The notes beneath the pieces were generated by a model that saw only the letters and a program-made list of their open reading frames with translations, did not search any database and was not told where the DNA came from. The translations under genes were made by a program, and so were the position numbers. From the NCBI GenBank assembly GCA_905234555.1, contig CAJOHO010000012.1, forward strand, positions 12,123 through 76,122: a stretch of DNA of 64,000 nucleotides. The letters run 5' to 3'. Below are positions 54,516 to 62,581 of the stretch, in pieces (within the stretch, counting starts at the first letter, position 1; every line of letters starts with the position of its first letter). This DNA is from an uncultured Bacteroidaceae bacterium (GTDB taxonomy: Bacteria; Bacteroidota; Bacteroidia; Bacteroidales; Bacteroidaceae).

Positions 54516-57500
54516 ACTCCCTTGATTTCGACAAAAGTGTCTTCGTCGCCGTCATACACGACTGGGCTGTCGGACCAATGGGTGTTGGAGGTGACGGAGT
54601 GGTATTTTTCGTGAACGAAGAGCTGAATGCTGAAAGCACCCTTCGAGCGGTCGTTCTTCAGATATACTTGGTTTGCGACAAGACCAGTTTCCTGATGTAG
54701 TTTCTGCGACGACTTGAATTGGATGGTTGAGGAGGCCTTCGTGCTGTAATGATTGTCAATAGGGTCGGGGTCGCGAATAACTTGCCAGTAGTCGCCGACT
54801 TCGGTTCTGGTGGAAGAGGATGGCGACACGCTCTCCAACGACTCGAACATGGCATACACAGCATCTGACTCTCGGACGATGCGACACTTGCATTTAATGG
54901 TGAAACCCGTGAACTCGAAGTTGGCGTGGGACCTGTTCTCAGGAATGGCGTGGTTCACGCTGTGGGTGGGAATAGTGATAGTGGCGGCCTTTCCCTTCAC
55001 CACAATATGGGCATAGATGGGTGCGCCGTCGTTGTTGCATGTGTAGTCGAGCCAATAGCCATGCATCACGTTCGTCGTTGCCATTCTGTCAATGGCGTAT
55101 TTGGCATCAATCACCACCTCACCCAAGTCCTCAGTCACTTCTCCTTCGGGGCGTTTTCGGAATTCATTCTCTTCCTGTTCTGGCTTCACTTTTTCCTCAT
55201 CCTGATGCTCAATTTTCTTTTTCCGTTTATAGTTCACACGGTCGGTGGCTGGAGAATAATAGTAGTTCTTTCCGTCAGGAGTCTTATAATACCAGCGGGT
55301 GCGAACGGCTATGTCAATTTCCTCAGGATCGGAAATCCAGATTTCGTTGTACGGAATCTTCACCGTCTTTCCGCATTTGCTAAGCGGCACATTGAACGTC
55401 TTGTTCTTCTTCTTGGCTTTGTTGACAACGGCTATCTGCATGCCTGTAATGTATTTAGCCTGTAACAACGCCTTTGCGGGTTCATCGACCAAATCTATAT
55501 TCAAGCCCTCCGTATCCTTGGTCTCGCCATCAATGACGGGACTCTTGGGGCGGTAGAAAGCAACGAGATCCACGTAGTAGTCTTTGTCTAACCGGTCTTC
55601 CTCGATGCCTGGACGGTAAATGAGTGCTGCATTTACGGTTTTCTGGAACTCTTTGGCGCACGGTTCTATGTAATAACGGTCCTTCGGCTGAGCGCTGTCG
55701 CCTTCGATGAGTGAGAATTTCAGTCGTGGATCTGCAATCTTTTCAGAAGGAACGGCAAACACGTTATAGGGAATCTTTTCTTTCTCTTCATCCGACACTA
55801 TACGCAAGATTTTCACAGTAAAGGGATAGGCTGTGGAGCCACCCTGATGACCAAGAATGCGGAAACGATGAACAGGTATGATTCTGTTTTGCACTTGCGG
55901 CTTGTTGATGTATTTCTGATCATATTTACTATTCGTCTGCCTCTGCACAATCTCTGGCATGAAATGCCAAAGGAATTTTTCATAGACGATGGCGAAGTTC
56001 TTGTCGTTTTTGAGGTCGAAAATGGCTTTCAGGTTCTCAACAAAACTGTTGCCGCTGGAGAAATTCGACATGATTCTGTCAAAGTTCACTTTCTTCGTGT
56101 GGTCGCACATATACTGCAGCAAGTCTCCTAACATGTAGCCGCCGAAGGTTTGAGGCTCTTCAACCCCCAAGAGCTTTGCCGTTTTGAAGACTGTACTCTT
56201 AGGATAGTCTGTGCCAAGCGGCCAGGCGAGCAGTTGCTTGCAAAAGCGTGCTGCATATCCCAGACGCACAGCTGCTGCCGGCGACTCTGTATCCTCGTCT
56301 TTGAACAGGCCTTTCTTCTTCATCCAAGCGGCAAACCAATGCTCAGTAACCGAACCGATTGCCTCGAAGAACTGCAGATTGGACGACCAGACGGTATTGA
56401 TGTATTCGTTTTCGAAGGCATGACCGATTTCATGCGCCATACTGATTCCCAATATGTCTGCCTTGCTTCGGTCATAAATACGGTTACCTTCTTCACCGTT
56501 CAGGTAGCATTCATAGTTGATGAACACACGGTTGGTCATCAGTTTGCCTGTACTTCCCCCAGGAATGGGTTGAAAGAGAGCCTCTGTGGTATTAACGCCT
56601 TTTTCGTTACCTATCTCCGTACTCGACACAATATAAAGATTATAGGTATAGGAAAGGGGCTTCATGCCCAGTCCTAAGGTGTCGAGACTGAACTGGTGCA
56701 CCAGTTTCGTAGCGGCAATAATGTCCTGAACGCTTTGCGGCAGTTGGATGTCGGGGTCTTTCTTCAGGTTCTGATAGAGCGTATCTTTCTTGAGGAGGTC
56801 GTGATAGATGCGGTAACGGCCCACACGTCGTTCCATGATTTCGACGGGATCCACTTCTTCGTAGGGATTGTCGGCGAGATGAGTTGGCATGTGCGGCTTT
56901 ACTGGATGATCCTTATCGTACATCTGCTGAGCTGTGGCAGTATGTTGGGCTATCCGCTCTTCGAGTTGGGTGGTCTTGTCAAGATACTGAGGGAAGCGGG
57001 CGGCATCTTCAGTCTCAAGGAAACGGAACACCACGTTGAAATTGCCGTTTTTGTCCTTCACGGGAACGGTCACAAGGTCGTTCTTCTTCCAGAACTTCGC
57101 AGGATAGCCAGCCGCCTTCCAAGCCTGCAGGCTCTTGGTCACATTCATCGGAAGGGAAAACTGACCCGTATAGAAACCTGCAATAATAAGACCGGGAATG
57201 GCGACAGCTCCTGTTATCACAATCCAACTGTTCTGACTGGCATAATATTTCAGCACTCCCTTCGTCACATGGGAGTTCACTTCCATCAAATTTCCCTGTT
57301 CATCCACTCTCGCCAGACTGATATATGGATACAGTTCCTTAGGGATTCCAAGCTTTTTCAGGTTAATCTCAACCAGCATCTTGCCAGGCATCACAGAGTC
57401 GGAAGGGAGTCCTGCGTCGAGTTCGTAAGCATACAGCAGCTCATGATTCGGAAGATTGTTAGAAACAACCGAATCAAGCATTTGGATATCCTCGCCTTTG

Positions 57501-57799
57501 GCCACACTTACCTCAATCTGAGGATTGAGTTCGAAGGCTCCAGCTGGGACAGAGATTCGCAGTTCCTTCAGCGGATGAATCTTGAAAGCTTGGCTGTGTC
57601 CGCTGCCTTGTGCCAACGGAACTCCGTCAATGTTGAAACTACTCAGATGCTCATCCGTCAAGCGGTCGAGGAAACTGCCCTGAGCATCGCCATTTTCTCC
57701 ATTCGTTCCTCCCGAACAAGAGTTCAGAAACATGAAAAGTGAAGCGAAAAGAGTGAAGAGAAAGAACGAAATGTGGAATTTACGATTGAATGGAAACAT
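54503..57799 (-). CDS. 1098-aa lipoprotein of unknown function with an HExxH zinc-peptidase motif
   Basis: The lipobox is FLNSCSGG. HEIGH is encoded at 56421-56435, with a Glu 19 residues after the second His (FFEAIG). There is also a charged Lys/Glu linker. I recognise no other family signature. Confidence 0.6.
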   Translation of the reverse strand: MFPFNRKFHISFFLFTLFASLFMFLNSCSGGTNGENGDAQGSFLDRLTDEHLSSFNIDGVPLAQGSGHSQAFKIHPLKELRISVPAGAFELNPQIEVSVAKGEDIQMLDSVVSNNLPNHELLYAYELDAGLPSDSVMPGKMLVEINLKKLGIPKELYPYISLARVDEQGNLMEVNSHVTKGVLKYYASQNSWIVITGAVAIPGLIIAGFYTGQFSLPMNVTKSLQAWKAAGYPAKFWKKNDLVTVPVKDKNGNFNVVFRFLETEDAARFPQYLDKTTQLEERIAQHTATAQQMYDKDHPVKPHMPTHLADNPYEEVDPVEIMERRVGRYRIYHDLLKKDTLYQNLKKDPDIQLPQSVQDIIAATKLVHQFSLDTLGLGMKPLSYTYNLYIVSSTEIGNEKGVNTTEALFQPIPGGSTGKLMTNRVFINYECYLNGEEGNRIYDRSKADILGISMAHEIGHAFENEYINTVWSSNLQFFEAIGSVTEHWFAAWMKKKGLFKDEDTESPAAAVRLGYAARFCKQLLAWPLGTDYPKSTVFKTAKLLGVEEPQTFGGYMLGDLLQYMCDHTKKVNFDRIMSNFSSGNSFVENLKAIFDLKNDKNFAIVYEKFLWHFMPEIVQRQTNSKYDQKYINKPQVQNRIIPVHRFRILGHQGGSTAYPFTVKILRIVSDEEKEKIPYNVFAVPSEKIADPRLKFSLIEGDSAQPKDRYYIEPCAKEFQKTVNAALIYRPGIEEDRLDKDYYVDLVAFYRPKSPVIDGETKDTEGLNIDLVDEPAKALLQAKYITGMQIAVVNKAKKKNKTFNVPLSKCGKTVKIPYNEIWISDPEEIDIAVRTRWYYKTPDGKNYYYSPATDRVNYKRKKKIEHQDEEKVKPEQEENEFRKRPEGEVTEDLGEVVIDAKYAIDRMATTNVMHGYWLDYTCNNDGAPIYAHIVVKGKAATITIPTHSVNHAIPENRSHANFEFTGFTIKCKCRIVRESDAVYAMFESLESVSPSSSTRTEVGDYWQVIRDPDPIDNHYSTKASSTIQFKSSQKLHQETGLVANQVYLKNDRSKGAFSIQLFVHEKYHSVTSNTHWSDSPVVYDGDEDTFVEIKGVLNK

Positions 57800-57834
57800 A
57801 GGTGGAATTGGATAAATAAGGATGAATACTTAAA

Positions 57835-57850
57835 TATTTTTGCAAAAATA
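57835..57850. promoter_or_regulatory. 16-bp perfect palindrome TATTTTTGCAAAAATA, giving a TAnnTTTG box on both strands
   Basis: The minus-strand box at 57843-57850 lies 44 nt upstream of ATG 57799 of the 1098-aa gene. Confidence 0.5.
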
Positions 57851-58043
57851 CGGAAAAAAATCGGACCGACCGCATGATTCCAACAAAAATAATTCAAGAA
57901 ACATGTTTTTACATAGTTTTTGGAGATGAATTGCAGTTGACTGCAAGAATATTTGGTTCCTGATGCACTCTCTTGATAAGCAAACACTTACAGCGTGCAG
58001 AGCGAACACAAATTCTCTCGAAAGTTAAGTCAAAATAAAATTT

Positions 58044-58142
58044 CAAATACTTGGATGAAAAATTCCAAGTACTTGGAAAAAAATTTCTAAGTACTTAAAA
58101 AAATATTTCCAAGTACTTGAAAAAAAAATTCTAAGTACTTGG
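58044..58142. repeat. five-copy, 22-bp-period array of (C)YAAGTACTTRR palindromes separated by A-tracts
   Basis: The cores lie at 58044-58054 (degenerate), 58065-58076, 58087-58097, 58109-58120 and 58131-58142. The last four are spaced exactly 22 bp apart. Confidence 0.9.
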
Positions 58143-58186
58143 AAATTTCGTTAGAGTTAAGAGTTACGGAAATTTGAGCGAAGAAA

Positions 58187-58240
58187 AGTGAAAAGTGAAG
58201 CGTGAAGAGTTGAGCTTCTCTTCACGCTTCACTTTTCATT
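58187..58240. repeat. long perfect hairpin (20-bp stem, 8-nt loop) built from GTGAAG words
   Basis: The 5' arm at 58190-58209 (GAAAAGTGAAGCGTGAAGAG) is the exact reverse complement of 58218-58237. Three further flanking pairs include one wobble. Confidence 0.9.
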
Positions 58241-58430
58241 GCCACTTCGTTCTCGCCTCCGCTGATCGCTCCCACGCCTAAAAAGCCCCAGGCTTTTTGC
58301 CGCTTACGCTGTCAATAAGGCTTAATGGGCTCCCTTGCTTGTCAGCAAGACTATGCCCGCCTTATTTCCCGAAGGCTTTGCCTTTCGAGACGGCGTGACG
58401 TAGCTGCTTCGGCTCGCGATGGCTTCGCCA

Positions 58431-58459
58431 TTCTTCACTCTTCACTCTTCATTCTTCAC
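58431..58459. repeat. word array CTTCACT/CTTCATT x4 (reverse complement of the GTGAAG family)
   Basis: It abuts the stop codon of the TonB-dependent receptor. Confidence 0.8.
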
Positions 58460-60850
58460 TTAGAGCGAGATAGTGAGGTCGATGCCGAACTGACGGGGAC
58501 GGCAGGTCTGTGCCAATCCTTGAGAGAGAGACTCGAAGTAGAAGGGAACGTACTGCTTGTCCGTCAGGTTCTTGCCCCAGATGTTGATGGCCACGTTCTT
58601 GTAACGGGCACCTACATGTGCGCCTAAGAGGAGATAGAAGGGTTCGCTTGCGCTGTTGCTTTCTGTCCAATAGGTGCGACCTGCGCCTGTGATATTTGCT
58701 CCTAAGTTGAAATGTACGCGCTTCACGCTAAACATATATTCGGCTGCGGCAGCAACGGTGTGACGAGGTACGAAGGGCATATAGTTGTCATCATAGACTG
58801 CATCGCCTGCGTATTCGATGAACTTGGCGTTGGTGAAGCCATAAGAAACGTTCAGCGTTAAAGGATTGCGGAAAAGGTGGAACCAAGTGCCGGCGCTGAT
58901 TTCAGCTCCGCAACTTTCACTCTTGCCTGCATTCACCATCTGGCGACCCAGTCCGTTGGCTGCGAAACGTGCAATCTGCTGATCGACGGTACGAATATAG
59001 AAGGCAGCTGCGTTGAGCGTGAGGCGTCCGTCGAAGAGGTTGAGATGAGTTCCAAGTTCGAAGTTCCAGCTGGTTTCAGGCTTGAAGACGGTGGTGCTGT
59101 CGGCAGAAGGATTTTCGCCTGGCGTCATGTTGTAGCGGGCCATTGCTCCACCAATTGTGGGGTCGGCAGCCAAGTCCGCCATCATGTCGTTGCGCATACT
59201 GGCCTGAATGAGGTCGCTGAACATCTGTATGTTGTAGCCGCCCGAACGAAATCCCTTCGACACGCTGGCATAAATCATGTTCTGGTCGGGCAGTTCGTAA
59301 GTCAAAGCCACATTGGGCAGCACTTGTGTGTAATCTTTCTTGATGACGCCCTGATAGCCAGAAGTGGTGGTGAACTCCGTGTTAATCATAGGGATATTGC
59401 GACGCGTCATTACGAAAGCATAGTTGATGTCGGCTGCGCTGTTATAGTCCATCTTGTTGTGTTCGTAATCCACCCGGACGCCTGCCGTGAGGTTGAGGTG
59501 AGGCAGGAGATTCTTCAGCGTAGCCTGTCCGAAGGCAGCAGCATTGAACGAAGGCGTATCGAACAAACCGTTCACCGTCATTTTCTGATCGCTGATCTGG
59601 AGGTCGATATTCATACCCATCGGGTTCATTGCTTCGTTAGCTGCAGCAAATCCCTGATTGATGCCATTTTGGATGAACTGCTCAATACCCTCACGTCCAA
59701 ACACGACAGGAGCGTTGGTTTTGAGCCATTGTTGAGCGACATAAACGCCTCCCACCCACTCGAACTTGCGGTTTCGACGACTTTTCGCAACGAGTTCCTC
59801 AGAGAGATAATGACTGCGCTGACGCTGCTCCAAAGTGAAGAGATTGGCTGGCGAGAAGTCCTGATCCATGAACATTCGGTCAGTAAGGAACTGGTAGCCA
59901 GTCACAGAAGTAAGAGTAAAATGTTTCTGAACGGACTGAAGTTTCAGCGAATTGTTGAAGAGCATACGGCGATAACTGCCCAGTTCGCTTTCACGAATCT
60001 GACCAATCCCGTTGTCAGCATTTGGAGCATTTCCAGGCTGAGCGGCAATTTCGTCAGGATTGAGGTCAGCTACTTTGTAGTAGTCATAACCTTTCTCGTC
60101 ACTGTACTCCACACTGGTCTGGAAATCAGCCGTGAAGCCAGGATGGCGTTCTGGATTGAAGACGTAACGGAACTTCACACCTCCTGCATCACCTCCGTTG
60201 CTCTTGCGGTTCAGGAACGTGTTGCGGTTGTAACCGTCGTTGCCTTCGTAGAAAGCAGCAAAGGAATAAGCTGCGTTCTCACCCACAGGTGCAGCTGTAC
60301 GGAAATTCACATAACGGCCAGCGTCCTCTGTGGAAGCTCCAGCACGGATAACGGTCTGGCGTCCACGCCAACGAGTGTCGAGGGGATTGAAGGTGTAGAG
60401 TTTGAGCAAACCGCCCATTGCGTTGCGTCCGTAAAGTGTGGATTGCGGACCACGCAACACTTCCACTCGCTGCACGTCGTTGAAGCTGATGTCGAAAGCC
60501 GACTTCTCCTTGAATGCCACATCATCGACATAGAGTCCGACTGAAGGTGTGTTGAGACGCGAGCCTACACCTCTTATATATATAGCGCTCGTGAGGCGAG
60601 AGCCGTAGTCAGGAATGAAGAGGTTGGGAACGAACTGTGCTGCGGATTTCAGAGAGTTAGTTCCTTGCTCCTGCAACTGAGTGGTGGTGATGGCGCTGTA
60701 GCTCAGCGGCTGCTGAGACAAAGTGCCTGTGGTCTTGGGGTCGCCTTCCACCACGATGGGGGCAAGCTGAATGGACTCCTGTGCTGAGAGATGAGCTGCC
60801 ATCAAGGCTGCTCCTATCAGCATCATTGTTTTTCTGTAAATTTGTTTCAT
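58460..60850 (-). CDS. TonB-dependent receptor (no adjacent SusD)
   Basis: It has a signal peptide, a plug domain (IYIRGVGSR, LYGRNAMGG) and a barrel of about 22 strands. Confidence 0.85.
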   Translation of the reverse strand: MKQIYRKTMMLIGAALMAAHLSAQESIQLAPIVVEGDPKTTGTLSQQPLSYSAITTTQLQEQGTNSLKSAAQFVPNLFIPDYGSRLTSAIYIRGVGSRLNTPSVGLYVDDVAFKEKSAFDISFNDVQRVEVLRGPQSTLYGRNAMGGLLKLYTFNPLDTRWRGRQTVIRAGASTEDAGRYVNFRTAAPVGENAAYSFAAFYEGNDGYNRNTFLNRKSNGGDAGGVKFRYVFNPERHPGFTADFQTSVEYSDEKGYDYYKVADLNPDEIAAQPGNAPNADNGIGQIRESELGSYRRMLFNNSLKLQSVQKHFTLTSVTGYQFLTDRMFMDQDFSPANLFTLEQRQRSHYLSEELVAKSRRNRKFEWVGGVYVAQQWLKTNAPVVFGREGIEQFIQNGINQGFAAANEAMNPMGMNIDLQISDQKMTVNGLFDTPSFNAAAFGQATLKNLLPHLNLTAGVRVDYEHNKMDYNSAADINYAFVMTRRNIPMINTEFTTTSGYQGVIKKDYTQVLPNVALTYELPDQNMIYASVSKGFRSGGYNIQMFSDLIQASMRNDMMADLAADPTIGGAMARYNMTPGENPSADSTTVFKPETSWNFELGTHLNLFDGRLTLNAAAFYIRTVDQQIARFAANGLGRQMVNAGKSESCGAEISAGTWFHLFRNPLTLNVSYGFTNAKFIEYAGDAVYDDNYMPFVPRHTVAAAAEYMFSVKRVHFNLGANITGAGRTYWTESNSASEPFYLLLGAHVGARYKNVAINIWGKNLTDKQYVPFYFESLSQGLAQTCRPRQFGIDLTISL

Positions 60851-60943
60851 AAAAAGAATTCTTTTTCTAACCTTAATTGATACTTATCGAGTTTTATTTT
60901 GTGTTTGTGTTGGGTTTATTCTCAAACATCTTGAAATTCGCTG

Positions 60944-60951
60944 CAAAGTTA
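60944..60951 (-). promoter_or_regulatory. -7 box TAACTTTG (TonB-dependent receptor)
   Basis: It lies about 94 nt upstream of ATG 60850. Confidence 0.55.
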
Positions 60952-61134
60952 CGACATTTTCCAAAACTGCGCAATCCTCATTTATGATGAATTTTTCTGC
61001 GGAACTTTGTGGAAAACTGTTCGAACTTACAAAATTTACACATTTTTCTGCATTTTTCTTACGATTTTCTTGCACAGGTCGCGAAAAAGTACTTATTTTG
61101 CACAAAATTTCAAGAAAACATGACAAATTATAGT

Positions 61135-61179
61135 ATGAAAACTTGGCGATGGCGTAGCTTAAGACCCAAAAAGTCGTAA
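61135..61179 (+). CDS. trpL: trp operon leader peptide [14 protein letters not shown]
   Basis: This is a 14-codon ORF with Trp codons at 61144-61146 and 61150-61152. An intrinsic terminator begins 70 nt downstream and trpB follows immediately. Confidence 0.7.
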   Translation: MKTWRWRSLRPKKS

Positions 61180-61248
61180 GCCGTGTGGTGCTATCCCAAA
61201 TGTTTCATCAGCTATATACCCACTCACATGTGGTCGTGAAACCCATAG

Positions 61249-61284
61249 GAAGCCTGTCGTACTTACGGCAGGCTTCATTTTTTT
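61249..61284 (+). terminator. attenuator terminator of the trp leader
   Basis: The stem is GAAGCCTGTCG/CGGCAGGCTTC (11 bp with one G-U pair), the loop is TACTTA, and A plus TTTTTTT follows. Confidence 0.75.
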
Positions 61285-61339
61285 GCATCCTTGCACAAAC
61301 AACATTTTTCAGTTAATAATCAACGCAAACAAATACAAT

Positions 61340-62521
61340 ATGAACTACCAAATTGACGAAAACGGATTTTATGGCAACTACGGAGGTGCCTACATCCCTG
61401 AGATTCTCTACAAGACCGTGGAGAACCTGAAGGAAGCCTATCTGCCTATCATCGAGAGTGAAGAATTCAAGCAGGAGTTCCACACCTTGCTGCGCGACTA
61501 TGTGGGACGCCCTTCCCCACTCTATCTGGCAAAACGCATGAGCGAGAAGTACGGTTGCCGCCTCTACCTGAAGCGTGAAGACCTGAACCACACGGGTGCG
61601 CACAAAATCAACAACTCGCTGGGACAGATTCTCATTGCCAAGAAGATGGGCAAGACGCGCATCATTGCAGAGACGGGAGCCGGTCAGCACGGTGTGGCTA
61701 CGGCAACGGCTTGTGCGCTGATGAATATGCCCTGCACGGTGTATATGGGTGCGCTCGATGTGGAGCGTCAACGTCCCAACGTGGAACGCATGAAGATGTT
61801 AGGAGCGACGGTCGTTCCTGTTCATTCTGGCAACAAAACGCTGAAGGACGCCACCAACGAAGCCATACGCGACTGGTGCTGCCACCCTGCCGACACCTTT
61901 TATATTATTGGCAGCACCGTCGGTCCGCACCCTTATCCAGATATGGTGGCTCGTCTGCAAAGTGTGATTTCAGAGGAAATCCGCGAACAGCTGACTGAGA
62001 AGGAAGGACGCGACTACCCTGATTACCTGATGGCTTGTGTGGGTGGAGGTTCGAACGCAGCAGGCACCATCTTCCACTACATCGAGGACGAACGGGTGAA
62101 GATTGTGCTGGCAGAAGCCGGTGGACTAGGACTCGACAGCGACAAGACCGCTGCCTCGCTGGAGATCGGCACCGACGGCATTCTTCACGGTTCGCGCATC
62201 AAGCTCATGCAGACCGAAGACGGACAGATCATTGAGCCTTACAGCATCTCGGCAGGTTTGGATTATCCAGGAACGGGACCGCTCCATTGCAACCTCTACG
62301 TCACAGGACGCGCACAGGTCCTTGCCGTCAACGACGACGAAGCACTCACTGCCGCTTTCGAACTGACTCGCATGGAGGGAATCATCCCTGCACTCGAATC
62401 TGCCCACATCCTCGCTGCCCTGCCCAAGATGCAGTTCCAGCCCGACGATGTCGTGGTGCTGACCGTCAGCGGACGAGGTGACAAAGACCTCGAAACTTAT
62501 CTCAAACACATGAATGATTAA
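61340..62521 (+). CDS. trpB: tryptophan synthase beta chain
   Basis: It has [13 protein letters not shown] and the PLP-lysine motif HTGAHKINN. The start is ATG 61340. Confidence 0.9.
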   Translation: MNYQIDENGFYGNYGGAYIPEILYKTVENLKEAYLPIIESEEFKQEFHTLLRDYVGRPSPLYLAKRMSEKYGCRLYLKREDLNHTGAHKINNSLGQILIAKKMGKTRIIAETGAGQHGVATATACALMNMPCTVYMGALDVERQRPNVERMKMLGATVVPVHSGNKTLKDATNEAIRDWCCHPADTFYIIGSTVGPHPYPDMVARLQSVISEEIREQLTEKEGRDYPDYLMACVGGGSNAAGTIFHYIEDERVKIVLAEAGGLGLDSDKTAASLEIGTDGILHGSRIKLMQTEDGQIIEPYSISAGLDYPGTGPLHCNLYVTGRAQVLAVNDDEALTAAFELTRMEGIIPALESAHILAALPKMQFQPDDVVVLTVSGRGDKDLETYLKHMND

Positions 62522-62549
62522 CTGTGTAGTGCAATTCCATTAACTTAGC

Positions 62550-62567
62550 CTTGCGGTTTCCCGCAAG
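62550..62567 (+). other. intercistronic hairpin CTTGCGG-TTTC-CCGCAAG (trpB-trpE spacer)
   Basis: The stem is 7 bp and perfect. It has the same stem sequence as 41952-41971, in the inverse orientation. Confidence 0.8.
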
Positions 62568-62581
62568 AAAAACCCTGACCC

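Noticed and set aside
58044-58142. A possible CRISPR array (regularly spaced repeats)
   Set aside because: The repeats are only about 12 bp, the spacers are about 10-nt A-tracts rather than unique sequences, the period is 22 bp, and there are no cas genes in the window.
58241-58430. An SRP/4.5S-like RNA, suggested by a GAAGCAGC string on the minus strand
   Set aside because: The surrounding conserved domain IV sequence (GGUCCGGAAGGAAGCAGC context) and its symmetric loop partner are absent. The match is only 8 nt.
58877-60544. A 555-aa plus-strand ORF. Other long antisense ORFs are similar: 14209-15357, 23318-24307, 31710-32768, 37732-38820, 52838-53842, 56696-57742, 8417-9241, 25483-26229 and 63-854.
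   Set aside because: Each is antisense to a gene with clear family motifs. Their translations are His/Val/Gly-rich with no motifs, which is typical of frames kept open by the codon bias of the real gene.
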